A stretch of DNA of 64,000 nucleotides, taken from contig URMS01000008.1 of the NCBI GenBank assembly GCA_900548975.1, positions 13,397 through 77,396 on the forward strand, written 5' to 3'. The position numbers and the translations under genes were made by a program. The stretch's first letter is position 1. Each line of letters opens with the position of its first letter. Source of the DNA: an uncultured Porphyromonadaceae bacterium (lineage in GTDB: Bacteria; Bacteroidota; Bacteroidia; Bacteroidales; Muribaculaceae). The notes under the pieces are model-generated. The model made no database searches. It worked only from the letters and a program-made list of their open reading frames with translations, and was not told the DNA's origin. Shown here piece by piece: positions 41,491 to 50,833 of this stretch.

Positions 41491-42671
41491 ATTTTAATGT
41501 ATATTTTCTTTTTATATAGTATATATCCGATGCACCAGTTGAGCAGTACAAACAGAATAGCGAATACAAGCGATGCGAGAGTGCCGTCGCCGCCGCATAC
41601 GGGCACCAGCCAGCCCGACACCAGGCCTTTGATTGTTATCATGCCCGATTCGGTAGCGGAGGAGGGTACCTTGACGGCGCCTATGATGATGCTCAGAATA
41701 GCGCCGAGGCAGTACATGAACAGCGGGTTGATGCCGAAGGCCTCGAAGAAACGGCACCAGCGGCGTTTGCCCTTGATGTCGATGATCCATATGAGCAGAG
41801 CCAGGAACGACGAGGCCAGACCGCACGTGGTGAGCACGAATGTGGGCGACCATATTTTTTTGTTGATAGGCATGCCGTAGTTGAGCAGGAATCCGGCGAA
41901 GGTGAGGCATGTGCCGACAATGAAGAGGCTGACGATGCGCTTTTCATTGTCCTTGGTTTTCATTATCAGACCTCCGCATATGAAGCCGATGAGCATGTGT
42001 GCTATCGAGGGCAGCGTGCTCAGCAGGCCTTCCGGGTCGAATTTAAGAGTCACGCCGTCGATAGTGGAGGTGTACATGTGGTCGGGGCCGAGTACCTTGT
42101 GGTCGACGATGGATATGATATTGGAGTCGGAATAGCTGAAACCGTTGCCACATATCAGCAGTATCGAGTATACCACAAGCAGAAGCGCCACTACCCATGG
42201 CAGCGCTTTCGGGCGCACCAGCAGGGCTATTATGGAGCCGAAACCGTAGCACAGCGCCAGTCGGGGCATTACGCCGAGAATGCGGATGTGGTCGAAGCAG
42301 AACACGGCTTCTGAGAATGTCTTGGTCCCCAGAACGCCTCGCAGAAACAGCCCGAACCAGGCAATGAACATGCCTATGAGGAAGATGACAACCGTGCGGC
42401 GCACTATCTTCCACAGGGAGGCGCCCGTGAGAGAGAAGTTGTATTTTTTGAGCGAGAAATAGGTGGATACGCCCATTATGAACATAAAAAACGGAAATAC
42501 CAGGTCGGTGGGAGTGAGACCATTCCACTGGGCGTGCTGCAGAGGGGCATAGATTTTTCCCCACGAGCCGGGATTGTTCACCAGTATCATACCGGCGATA
42601 GTGATACCGCGCAGTATGTCGAGGGCGAGCAGACGGCTGCTGTTGTTGTTTTTAGATATTGACTGGTTCAT
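41487..42671 (-). CDS. NagX/HGSNAT-like membrane acyltransferase (DUF5009)
   Basis: RLLALDILRG, MILVNNPG, HAQWNGLTPTDLVFPFF, DPEGLLS, PINKKIWSP. Confidence 0.88.
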   Translation of the reverse strand: MNQSISKNNNSSRLLALDILRGITIAGMILVNNPGSWGKIYAPLQHAQWNGLTPTDLVFPFFMFIMGVSTYFSLKKYNFSLTGASLWKIVRRTVVIFLIGMFIAWFGLFLRGVLGTKTFSEAVFCFDHIRILGVMPRLALCYGFGSIIALLVRPKALPWVVALLLVVYSILLICGNGFSYSDSNIISIVDHKVLGPDHMYTSTIDGVTLKFDPEGLLSTLPSIAHMLIGFICGGLIMKTKDNEKRIVSLFIVGTCLTFAGFLLNYGMPINKKIWSPTFVLTTCGLASSFLALLIWIIDIKGKRRWCRFFEAFGINPLFMYCLGAILSIIIGAVKVPSSATESGMITIKGLVSGWLVPVCGGDGTLASLVFAILFVLLNWCIGYILYKKKIYIKI

Positions 42672-42678
42672 GTTGTTA

Positions 42679-45468
42679 TTATATTGCTTCGGTACATTGG
42701 TCTACGAGGTATACGATCGATTTGTAGGGTATGCCGCTGTTGGTGGTGAGACCGATTTCGCAGGTGCGGGAGTTGGAATAGCCTTCGACGGCTCCGGCAG
42801 CCTCGATGGCCGGACGGAGTTTCCTAAGGCCCCATTTGTTGAGCTCGGGGAATGTGAAGCCCTTGTCGCCGGCGAAACCGCAGCAGCCTATTTCGGCAGG
42901 TACGGTGACATGACGCGAACACATCGATGCCAGGCGCACGATCTTGTCCGCGATGCCCATCCGGCGGGTAGAGCAGGTGACGTGCACCGCTATCGGTGTG
43001 TCGACCGGTGTGAAACGCAGATAGGGCGCGAGATAGTCGAGGATAAATTCGGCCGGTTCGAAGAGCGGCATACTCGTTATGTGCTCGCGCATGCGGTGCA
43101 GGCAGGGGCTTTGGTCGCATACCACAGGAATCTTCCCGCCTTCCGACGCTATGGCCAGGGCGGCTTCGAGTTCGGCGGTTTTGCTGTCGGCGATATCGGG
43201 CATGCCTTTGCTTTCCCAGATCATGCCGCAGCACAGTTTCTCCATGTCCTTGGGGAATATGACCTGAAATCCGGCTTTACGGCACAGACGCACGAAAACA
43301 TCGGCGAGCGCTTCGGGGCGCCCTTTCTCTTCGTCGCCGGGGCCCATCACGCGGTTGAGGCACGAGGGGTAGTAGACAACCCGCCGTTCTGCAGGGGCGG
43401 TTGTGGCGAGGTGAGCGGGATTGAACGGCGCCGGGAGCGATGCCGTCCAGAGCGGCAGCCCTATCTTATGGAGCGCACGGCCGAGGGTGTCTACACCCTT
43501 GTCGCCTATGACGCGGTGCGTGGCCGAAGCGGCGCCGAGAGCCAGGCGCAGACCGTCGCTGACACCGGCCAGGTGTGCGGCTGCCCATTTGCCGGCTTTG
43601 CGGCCGGAGGTAGAGAGATCGCGACGCCGGATGTCGTGGATAAGGTCGGCTGTGTTGATGCCCATGGGGCACGATGTGCTGCACAGACCGTCGCCGGCGC
43701 ATGTCTCGCGTCCGTAGTACACAAATTCTTTCTCGAGTTCGCGAAGCCTTGCGGGGTCGGAGCCGTCGCGGCGCAGGCGCGATATCTCGCGCTGTGTCAC
43801 GATGCGCTGGCGTGCCGACAGGGTAAGGCCGCAGCTTACACAATTCACTTCGCAGAAACCGCACTCGATGCAGCGGTCCACGTGCGGGTCGCACAGCGGC
43901 AGCGGTTTCATGGAGCGTACGAAGCACTCGGGGTCATCGTTGAATATCACACCCGGGTTGAGGATTCCGGCCGGGTCGAATGCGGCTTTCACGCGCTTCA
44001 TCAGCGCCCAGGCCTTCGGGCCCCATTCGGCCTCGACAAACGGGGCCATATTGCGGCCCGTACCGTGCTCTGCCTTGAGCGAGCCGTTGAAGCGACCGAC
44101 AATGAGCGCCTGGATTTCGTTCATCAGGTGCTTGTATTTGTCGATGTCGGCCTGTGTCTCGAAGCTTTGCGCGAGGATGAAGTGGAAGTTGCCGGCCAGG
44201 GCGTGGCCGTAGATACATGCCTGCTCGTAGCCGCAGTCTTCGAGAAGAGCGGCCAGAGCCACGATGCCCTCTTCGAGGTCGTCGATATGGAAAGCGACGT
44301 CCTCGATCAGGGCCGTAGTGCCGGCAGGGCGTGTGCCGCCGACTGCCGGGAATACACCCGAGCGCATCTGCCACCATGCGTCCACCTCGGCGGGGTCGGT
44401 GGAGAAATGCGCGGGAAATGCGAGCGTGAAAGGCTTCAGCGTCTCCATGGTATCGGCGATCTGCTGCTGAAGCTGCTGTTCGGTATCGGCCTCGGTGGAG
44501 AGAAGCAGTGCCGTCAGGCCCGGGCCGTGGGGATCGTTGACCGATGCGAGCGATTTTTTGTCGAGGAGCTCGCAGCTCTGTACGGTTCCGGCTTTCTGCA
44601 GGGCTATGACGGCGCGCGCGGCCTCGGCCATGTCGCGGAAGTAGAGCATTGCCGATGCCGAATACGGCATTTCGGGAGCGGTGTTGACGCTTACCTCGCT
44701 GATGAAGGCAAGTGTGCCCTCGCTGCCTACCATGCAGTGGGCCAGAATGTCGAAAGGATCATCGAAAAGAATGAAAGGCAGCAGGTTGAGGCCGGTAACA
44801 TTCTTTATCGAGTATTTGTATTTTATGAGTTCGTAGAGCTCGGTGTCGTCGGCAATGGCGCGGCGGATGAGATCGAGCTCGTCGAGCAGGGCGCCGTGTG
44901 TGCGGCGGAAGGCCTCGCGCGAGTCGGCGTCGGCGGTATCGAGCACGGTACCGTCGGCGAGCACCACACGGATGGAGCGGAGCACACGGTCGCTGTTGGC
45001 GTGTGTGCCGCATTTCATGCCCGATGCGTTGTTGGCGACGATACCGCCAACCATGGCCGATTTTTTCGACGCCGGGTCGGGAGTAAAGACGCGCTTGTAG
45101 GGCTTGAGAATCTCACCCACGCGCGCACCCACAATACCGGGCTGCAGGGCAATGGCGTGTGCCCCGGGGTCGAGAAGACGGTAGCCTTCCCACGATTTGC
45201 CGGCCACGAGGAGCACGGAGTCCGATATGGCCTGCCCCGACAGGCTTGTGCCGGCGGCACGGAAGGTCACGGGCACTTCCAGAGCCGAGGCCGTGCGCAA
45301 CGCAAGCACCGCTTCGTCCTCGTTGTCGAGGCGAACAACCACTTTGGGGATAAGCCGGTAGAAACCGGCGTCGGTTCCCCAGGCGAGGGTGCGGAGCGGG
45401 TCGGTGTATATGCGTTTGCGGTCTATGAGCCGCGATATTTCCTTTACGAAAGTGCCGTATTTATCCAT
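42679..45468 (-). CDS. FAD/Fe-S NAD-independent D-lactate dehydrogenase (Dld-II type)
   Basis: FRAAGTSLSGQA, PDPAS, GSEGTL, GHALAGNFHF, SLKAEHGTGRN, CIECGFCEVNC, CAGDGLCSTSCP, and two CCG domains. Confidence 0.85.
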   Translation of the reverse strand: MDKYGTFVKEISRLIDRKRIYTDPLRTLAWGTDAGFYRLIPKVVVRLDNEDEAVLALRTASALEVPVTFRAAGTSLSGQAISDSVLLVAGKSWEGYRLLDPGAHAIALQPGIVGARVGEILKPYKRVFTPDPASKKSAMVGGIVANNASGMKCGTHANSDRVLRSIRVVLADGTVLDTADADSREAFRRTHGALLDELDLIRRAIADDTELYELIKYKYSIKNVTGLNLLPFILFDDPFDILAHCMVGSEGTLAFISEVSVNTAPEMPYSASAMLYFRDMAEAARAVIALQKAGTVQSCELLDKKSLASVNDPHGPGLTALLLSTEADTEQQLQQQIADTMETLKPFTLAFPAHFSTDPAEVDAWWQMRSGVFPAVGGTRPAGTTALIEDVAFHIDDLEEGIVALAALLEDCGYEQACIYGHALAGNFHFILAQSFETQADIDKYKHLMNEIQALIVGRFNGSLKAEHGTGRNMAPFVEAEWGPKAWALMKRVKAAFDPAGILNPGVIFNDDPECFVRSMKPLPLCDPHVDRCIECGFCEVNCVSCGLTLSARQRIVTQREISRLRRDGSDPARLRELEKEFVYYGRETCAGDGLCSTSCPMGINTADLIHDIRRRDLSTSGRKAGKWAAAHLAGVSDGLRLALGAASATHRVIGDKGVDTLGRALHKIGLPLWTASLPAPFNPAHLATTAPAERRVVYYPSCLNRVMGPGDEEKGRPEALADVFVRLCRKAGFQVIFPKDMEKLCCGMIWESKGMPDIADSKTAELEAALAIASEGGKIPVVCDQSPCLHRMREHITSMPLFEPAEFILDYLAPYLRFTPVDTPIAVHVTCSTRRMGIADKIVRLASMCSRHVTVPAEIGCCGFAGDKGFTFPELNKWGLRKLRPAIEAAGAVEGYSNSRTCEIGLTTNSGIPYKSIVYLVDQCTEAI

Positions 45469-45480
45469 GGTCGGGAGAGC

Positions 45481-46710
45481 CTATTTGTAGAGATGATATT
45501 TAGCCGATGCGGTGCGGAAAGCCTCGCTGTCTTTGTTCCAGTAGTCTTCGATGTCGGCGGTTTTGTACCGCTTGGTGAAGCGCTCGCGAATCTGCTTGCT
45601 GCCGCACACCTTGTCGAACATGCTGAAACGCTTGGAGTCGGCCAGATCGAAGATTTTCTTGTCGGGGTACATGTCGGCCAGTTCCTCCATCACATAGAAC
45701 TGGGTGAGCGACAGGGGCGCTTTATCAACGTCGGTAACGTAGACTTCGACACCCTCGTAGTTTTTACCCTGACCGGTGGAGTAGAAGGGACGGATGTGGA
45801 TGGGACGGAACATCATGCCCGGAATATTGCGCGCTTTCAGACGGGCGCAGAGCTTCTCGGCGTCGATCCAGTCGGCAGCGAAAAGTTTGAAAGGCTCGGT
45901 ATAGCCCACGCCTATCGATATGGCGTAGAGCTCGCCCAGGATTCCCGATACAGGGTAGTAGATAGCCGATTCGGGCACGGGCATGTGGGGCGACGGAAGC
46001 ACCCAGGGCATGCCCGTAGCGCGGAAATCCATGGAGCGGTTATAGCCCTCCATGGGCACTACGGTGAGGTTGACTTTCGCGCCGTTTTTCAGAATGCCTT
46101 CCTCATTGAGGTAGTTGGCGAGTTCGCCGGGCGTGAGACCGTAGAGGTAGGGGATGGGGAACTGACTGACGAACGACACGCAGTCGGGCTCGGTGAGGTT
46201 GCCCTCTATCTTGTTGCCGTTGATAGGGTTGGGACGGTCGAGAACCATGAACTCCTTGCCCAGTTCGGCGCATGCCTCCATGGCCAGACCCATGGTGGAG
46301 ATGAAAGTGAACGAGCGGCAGCCGTTGTCCTGGATGTCGTAGACCATCACGTCGATGTCTTTGAGCATTTCGGGCGATGGTTTGCGGTATTTGCCGTAGA
46401 TGGAGTATACAGGTATGCCGGTGGCAGAGTCGACGGCGTTCTCAACCTTGTCGCCGGCATGGAAATCGCCGCGCACGCCGTGTTCGGGCGCATAGAGGGC
46501 CACAAGCTCGACACCGAGAGCCTCCGCGAGAATGTCGACGGTCGACTTGAGCTGATTGTCGACACCGGAAGGATTGGTTATCAGGCCCACGCGCTTCCCG
46601 CGGAGGCCTTCGAAGTTATTGTCGCGGAGCACTTCCACGCCGGGTTTCACCTGAGCGCCCAGAGTGAGCGCGCAGGCGGCAAGGATGCCCAGTACGATAT
46701 TTTTTTTCAT
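45481..46710 (-). CDS. namZ: Exo-beta-N-acetylmuramidase NamZ family (DUF1343)
   Basis: Signal peptide; VGLITN, APEHG.RG, YDIQD.G.R.FT, LDRPNP, T.GELA, WVLPSPHMP. Confidence 0.9.
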   Translation of the reverse strand: MKKNIVLGILAACALTLGAQVKPGVEVLRDNNFEGLRGKRVGLITNPSGVDNQLKSTVDILAEALGVELVALYAPEHGVRGDFHAGDKVENAVDSATGIPVYSIYGKYRKPSPEMLKDIDVMVYDIQDNGCRSFTFISTMGLAMEACAELGKEFMVLDRPNPINGNKIEGNLTEPDCVSFVSQFPIPYLYGLTPGELANYLNEEGILKNGAKVNLTVVPMEGYNRSMDFRATGMPWVLPSPHMPVPESAIYYPVSGILGELYAISIGVGYTEPFKLFAADWIDAEKLCARLKARNIPGMMFRPIHIRPFYSTGQGKNYEGVEVYVTDVDKAPLSLTQFYVMEELADMYPDKKIFDLADSKRFSMFDKVCGSKQIRERFTKRYKTADIEDYWNKDSEAFRTASAKYHLYK

Positions 46711-48599
46711 TTTTTACGTCCGAAATTAGGGTCTATTTTGAGGAATGCGCATATGCCGATAGTGGCGGCGCAGCAAATCATTGTCCAGATGAAGAAATGA
46801 CGGTAACCGATGGTCTCCTGGAGCCAGCCGGCGGCCATGCCCGGAAGCATCATGCCAAGGGCCATGAAGCCCGTGCAGATGGCGTAGTGGGCGGTCTTGT
46901 GCTTGCCCTCGGAGAAATAGATGAGGTAGAGCATGTAGGCGGTGAAGCCGAAGCCGTAGCCGAACTGCTCGATGAACACGCAAATATTGACAGTGAGAAG
47001 CGAGGGATCGGTGGCATAGCTCAGATACACGAATGTGAGGCATGTGAGCGACATGGACCATGCCATAGGCCAGAGCCAGCGCTTGAGGCCGCCCTTGGCC
47101 GCCACGATACCGCCGATGATACCGCCGATGGTGAGGCCGATGATGCCGACAGTGCCGTAGACAATGCCTACCTGGCCGGTGGTGAGGCCGAGGCCGCCCT
47201 TGTCGATGGGGTCGAGCAGGAAGGGATTGATGAGCTTCACGAGCTGAGCCTCGGGCAGACGGTAGAGGAGCATGAAGGCTATGGCTACCCATACCTGAGG
47301 TTTGCGGAAGAACGACTTGAATGTTTCGAAGAACTCGCTGATGATGCCTGCGGCAGTGGTTCCGGCTTCGTTGTGGCCGTCGGAGGCGGGGCGGGGGAGT
47401 GCCCAGCTGTGGTATATGGCCACGGCGAAGAAGAATGCCGACAGTACGGCGAATACCACCAGCCATGCCATGGGTATATTGCCCGATGCGCCTTCGAAAG
47501 AAGCGGTGGCCGGTTCGGTGAGCTTGTGGTCTACCTCATAGAAAAGCCATGCTGTCTTGTCCCAGTTCTCGTGGTTGAATACGAAGCGGGTGGAGAGTGC
47601 GGCCTGTTCGAGCTTGACGCTCTGGTCGCCGCTGCGGTGTGTGACGTTGAGTATTATTTCCTCGCCTTCGGCCGGCTGACGGTTGAGTCGCAGACCAACG
47701 ACGGTGAAATTGTTCGGTATCTCGGTATAAGGTTCGCGCTCTTCGCCGAAAGTCTCGCGTACCCAGCGGGTGAAGGCGCCTTCGCCATCGTCGGCTACTG
47801 TCACGGCCGCAGCATCGGTAACTGTCTTGGGCTGTTCGGCAGCCACGAAGCCATTGCGTTCGTTCATATGCTTCACCGAGTCGCGCATCATGGCGGCGTA
47901 GGCTTTGAAGGGCATGGAATTGCCGTCGATTTCAACTGTTGCCGGTGCTTTGGTCGACACGGGTACTGTGGCCGACGGAGTGAAGAACTGGAGTTCGCCC
48001 TGCAGATCGGCCGGAGTCGATGCTATGGCTGTCATGTCGGGAGCGGACCATTCTACAGCCGGATCGGCATTTACGCTGATGCGAAGCGGTTCGAGACCCG
48101 AGTTGGTCTCGATGAGGCCGGCCACAATCACAAGCAGGCCCTGGCCCGCTACTGTTGCCACACGGTAGAATGTGGAGCGGATACCGACGTATAGCGACTG
48201 CTCGTGCTCGGTGAGCGCGAGCATGTAGAAGCCGTCGGCTGCGATGTCGTGGGTTGCCGAGGTGAATCCCACAAGCCAGAAAATAGCCAGTGTAAGCTGG
48301 AAGAACAGAGGCGTCGGTATGGTGAAGGCGATGCCTGCGAGAGCGAATGCTATGATCCACTGCATGGTCAGCGTCCACCACCGCTTGGTGCGGATAATGT
48401 CGACGAAGGGGCTCCAGAAGGGTTTTATGACCCACGGCAGGTACAGCCAGCCGGTGTAGAGGGCGATGTCGGTGTTCGATATACCCAGGCGTTTGTACAT
48501 AATCACCGATATTGTCATAACGGCGACGTACGGCAGACCTTGCGCGAAATATAGCGTCGGGATCCATGCCCAGGGGTTGCGTTTGCTTGTGGTTTTCAT
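46707..48599 (-). CDS. AmpG-like MFS permease with a ~200-aa extracytoplasmic insertion
   Basis: LYFAQGLP, LPWVIKPFWSP.VD, SATHDIAADG, EQFGYGFG, TAHYAI. Confidence 0.88.
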   Translation of the reverse strand: MKTTSKRNPWAWIPTLYFAQGLPYVAVMTISVIMYKRLGISNTDIALYTGWLYLPWVIKPFWSPFVDIIRTKRWWTLTMQWIIAFALAGIAFTIPTPLFFQLTLAIFWLVGFTSATHDIAADGFYMLALTEHEQSLYVGIRSTFYRVATVAGQGLLVIVAGLIETNSGLEPLRISVNADPAVEWSAPDMTAIASTPADLQGELQFFTPSATVPVSTKAPATVEIDGNSMPFKAYAAMMRDSVKHMNERNGFVAAEQPKTVTDAAAVTVADDGEGAFTRWVRETFGEEREPYTEIPNNFTVVGLRLNRQPAEGEEIILNVTHRSGDQSVKLEQAALSTRFVFNHENWDKTAWLFYEVDHKLTEPATASFEGASGNIPMAWLVVFAVLSAFFFAVAIYHSWALPRPASDGHNEAGTTAAGIISEFFETFKSFFRKPQVWVAIAFMLLYRLPEAQLVKLINPFLLDPIDKGGLGLTTGQVGIVYGTVGIIGLTIGGIIGGIVAAKGGLKRWLWPMAWSMSLTCLTFVYLSYATDPSLLTVNICVFIEQFGYGFGFTAYMLYLIYFSEGKHKTAHYAICTGFMALGMMLPGMAAGWLQETIGYRHFFIWTMICCAATIGICAFLKIDPNFGRKK

Positions 48600-48609
48600 C
48601 TGAATGGTT

Positions 48610-49926
48610 TCAATATAAGGTTGTTAAATCGGCTCCGGGGAAGTAGTGCCCCAGAATCTGCCGGTAGTCGTAGCCCCGGGCGCCCATGGCGGCGGCGCCG
48701 ATCTGGCACAGTCCCACGCCGTGGCCCCAGCCTGCGCCGTAGAGAGTGAAAGACTCGGGGATGCCGTCCCGGTCGATACCGGATGGCTCGGCTACGAAGG
48801 CCGAGCTGTAGAGATGGCTTTCGGAAAGGGTGCGGCGTATCTCGAGCTCCTTGCCGATGATCATGGTGCGGAGGGTGCCGACGATGCGCAGACGCACTAT
48901 GCGGCCCGAAGTACCACGTTCGATCGGCTCGAGAGCCTTGATATAGCCGAAGTCGATGCCGGAGCGCTCGCGGACTATGCGGCTGATGGTTTCGCGGTCG
49001 TAGACTACTTTCCAGCGGAAGAAGTCGGGTGTCTCGCGGTCGTAATTATTGAGCACCTGAGCCAGAATGTCTTTGTCGGTGACATTGCAGAAAGCTTCGG
49101 GCTTGCCGAGAATCCATTCGCGGGCATTCTCCTCGATGCGGAGGTCGGGGAAGACGTCGGGCGTGGTGCTGTCGGCGTGTGCTTCGAGATAATTGAAGTG
49201 ACGGGGCTGCCAGCAGCTTTCGAACTGTTCGAACACTCCGCCGCAGCACTTGGAGAAGCGGGCGTCGGCCAGATTGCCGTCGGAGTCGGTGAGCACTATG
49301 CCGCGTGTGGCTGCCACGGCTTCGGCGACCACCGGTGTGGTCTGTCGCGTAATGCCCTGATAGCGCTGGCAATGGTCGTCGGCGCATACGTCGAAGCGGT
49401 CGTGGTTGTCGCGGTCGTACCATACCACACGTTCGTCGGGGGTGTCGACCATGCCTTCGGTGCTTCGCACGCCCTTCTCGCCAATCTGGGCGAGCAGCCA
49501 GCTGCGCGATATCACGGCATGCGCCATGAGCAGTGCGGGAGAGGCCTTTGCGCTCATTTCCGACGATATGACGCTCTCGAGGTACCATTCGACCGGTAAG
49601 ATGTTGACGGCAGTAACGTCGTCGCCGCCCAGGAGTTTGAGATCGCCGCGGAAGGCCTGGCTCTCCTGACGCTCCCAGTGGAAATCGACTCCTATGGTAA
49701 CGTCTTCGAGCAGGAAGAAACAGCGGGGCGATGTGGCGCGGAACACGAGCTCGGCAGCCGCGCAGCCATTCCAGAGCACGGTACCGTCGGGATTTATGGT
49801 TGCGCTCTGCTGACCTTCGGCGACGGTGTCGCTCACGGTGTAACGGCCGTGGAGGTTGAAGCGTATTTCGGCGCCCGACATTATGCCGACGCTGACAGTG
49901 GGTTCGGTGTTGAATTTATTCGACAT
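48610..49926 (-). CDS. SpoIID/LytB domain protein (lytic transglycosylase-like)
   Basis: YLESVISSEM, AHAVISRS, DVCADDHCQRYQG, FSKCCGG, GAGWGHGVGLCQ.GA, ILGHYFPG. Confidence 0.9.
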   Translation of the reverse strand: MSNKFNTEPTVSVGIMSGAEIRFNLHGRYTVSDTVAEGQQSATINPDGTVLWNGCAAAELVFRATSPRCFFLLEDVTIGVDFHWERQESQAFRGDLKLLGGDDVTAVNILPVEWYLESVISSEMSAKASPALLMAHAVISRSWLLAQIGEKGVRSTEGMVDTPDERVVWYDRDNHDRFDVCADDHCQRYQGITRQTTPVVAEAVAATRGIVLTDSDGNLADARFSKCCGGVFEQFESCWQPRHFNYLEAHADSTTPDVFPDLRIEENAREWILGKPEAFCNVTDKDILAQVLNNYDRETPDFFRWKVVYDRETISRIVRERSGIDFGYIKALEPIERGTSGRIVRLRIVGTLRTMIIGKELEIRRTLSESHLYSSAFVAEPSGIDRDGIPESFTLYGAGWGHGVGLCQIGAAAMGARGYDYRQILGHYFPGADLTTLY

Positions 49927-50833
49927 CGGATGCTATGGCGTTGATTTCTGAATCGGAAAGACAGAGTTCGTCGAGCAGATGGCGCACGGTGTCGGCGCCG
50001 AAACGCCCGAAGTCGACGGGGCGCGGAGTGATGTAGACGCCGCCCATATCGACCGAGGCCGGGCTGATGAGCATGCAGTCATCGCCTTCGGTGCCGTAGA
50101 ACGACGGGCGGTGACGCTTGCGGGGCACCACGGCCACGCGCACACCGGCTGGAGTGGCCCAGGCCAGTACGTTCATCATCGGTTCGTACTCGCCCTCGGG
50201 CACCGGGAGGGCGCGGTAGAGGCGGTCGAAGAGGCGTTCGCCTTCGGCTGCATCGGCAGCGTCGATAACGAAGAGTTTCAGCGGCAGACTGTCGACCAAA
50301 GCCAGCGTCGAGGCGCCTTCGGTGGCAATTACTTTCTGCTCGGCGTCCTCAAGTGCGGCCGGGAGTGTGAGAAAATCGGTATTGCCGGCCTGGAAGTGCA
50401 TGTGGTCGGGAGCCGAGGCTCCACAGCGGGGTCCGTTGTAGAACACCGTGTAGCCGTCGAGCTCGGAGGCCAGGCGGATCATGTCGGCGATACGGCCTTC
50501 GATTTTCTGGATGGTATGCCCGTTGTCGGGGATGGTGAGATGGCGTGGGAATATCGGGAAGGGGTTGATCAGCACAGTGTAGTGTTCGCCCCAGTCGAGA
50601 CCCATCTGCTGCGCGGGTCGGTTTTTACCGCACAGGAAGCAGGGACGTGCTGCCAGAGAGGCGGCGTCGACCTTGGCGCCCGACGAGACTATGCGCGCCG
50701 GGTTGAACTGCACCTTGAAGTGCATGCCGTCGAGGTCGAATTCCTTGGTCTCTACACCTTTGAGCGCTTCGAAATTGCCTTTGGCCATGGGCCATGCGGC
50801 AAGTTGAGCGTCGATAAACTCGCTGATGTTCAT
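49916..50833 (-). CDS. DUF4922 protein, HIT/GalT-like nucleotidyltransferase or phosphorylase fold
   Basis: QFNPARI, RPCFLC, NPFPI...HLTI, YNGPRCGASAPDHMHFQ, SPASVDMGG. Confidence 0.8.
   Translation of the reverse strand: MNISEFIDAQLAAWPMAKGNFEALKGVETKEFDLDGMHFKVQFNPARIVSSGAKVDAASLAARPCFLCGKNRPAQQMGLDWGEHYTVLINPFPIFPRHLTIPDNGHTIQKIEGRIADMIRLASELDGYTVFYNGPRCGASAPDHMHFQAGNTDFLTLPAALEDAEQKVIATEGASTLALVDSLPLKLFVIDAADAAEGERLFDRLYRALPVPEGEYEPMMNVLAWATPAGVRVAVVPRKRHRPSFYGTEGDDCMLISPASVDMGGVYITPRPVDFGRFGADTVRHLLDELCLSDSEINAIASDVE

Noticed and set aside
42574..46800. 1408-aa plus-strand ORF
   Set aside because: Antisense shadow of the dld and namZ genes, explained by GC-rich codon bias. It has no recognisable motifs.
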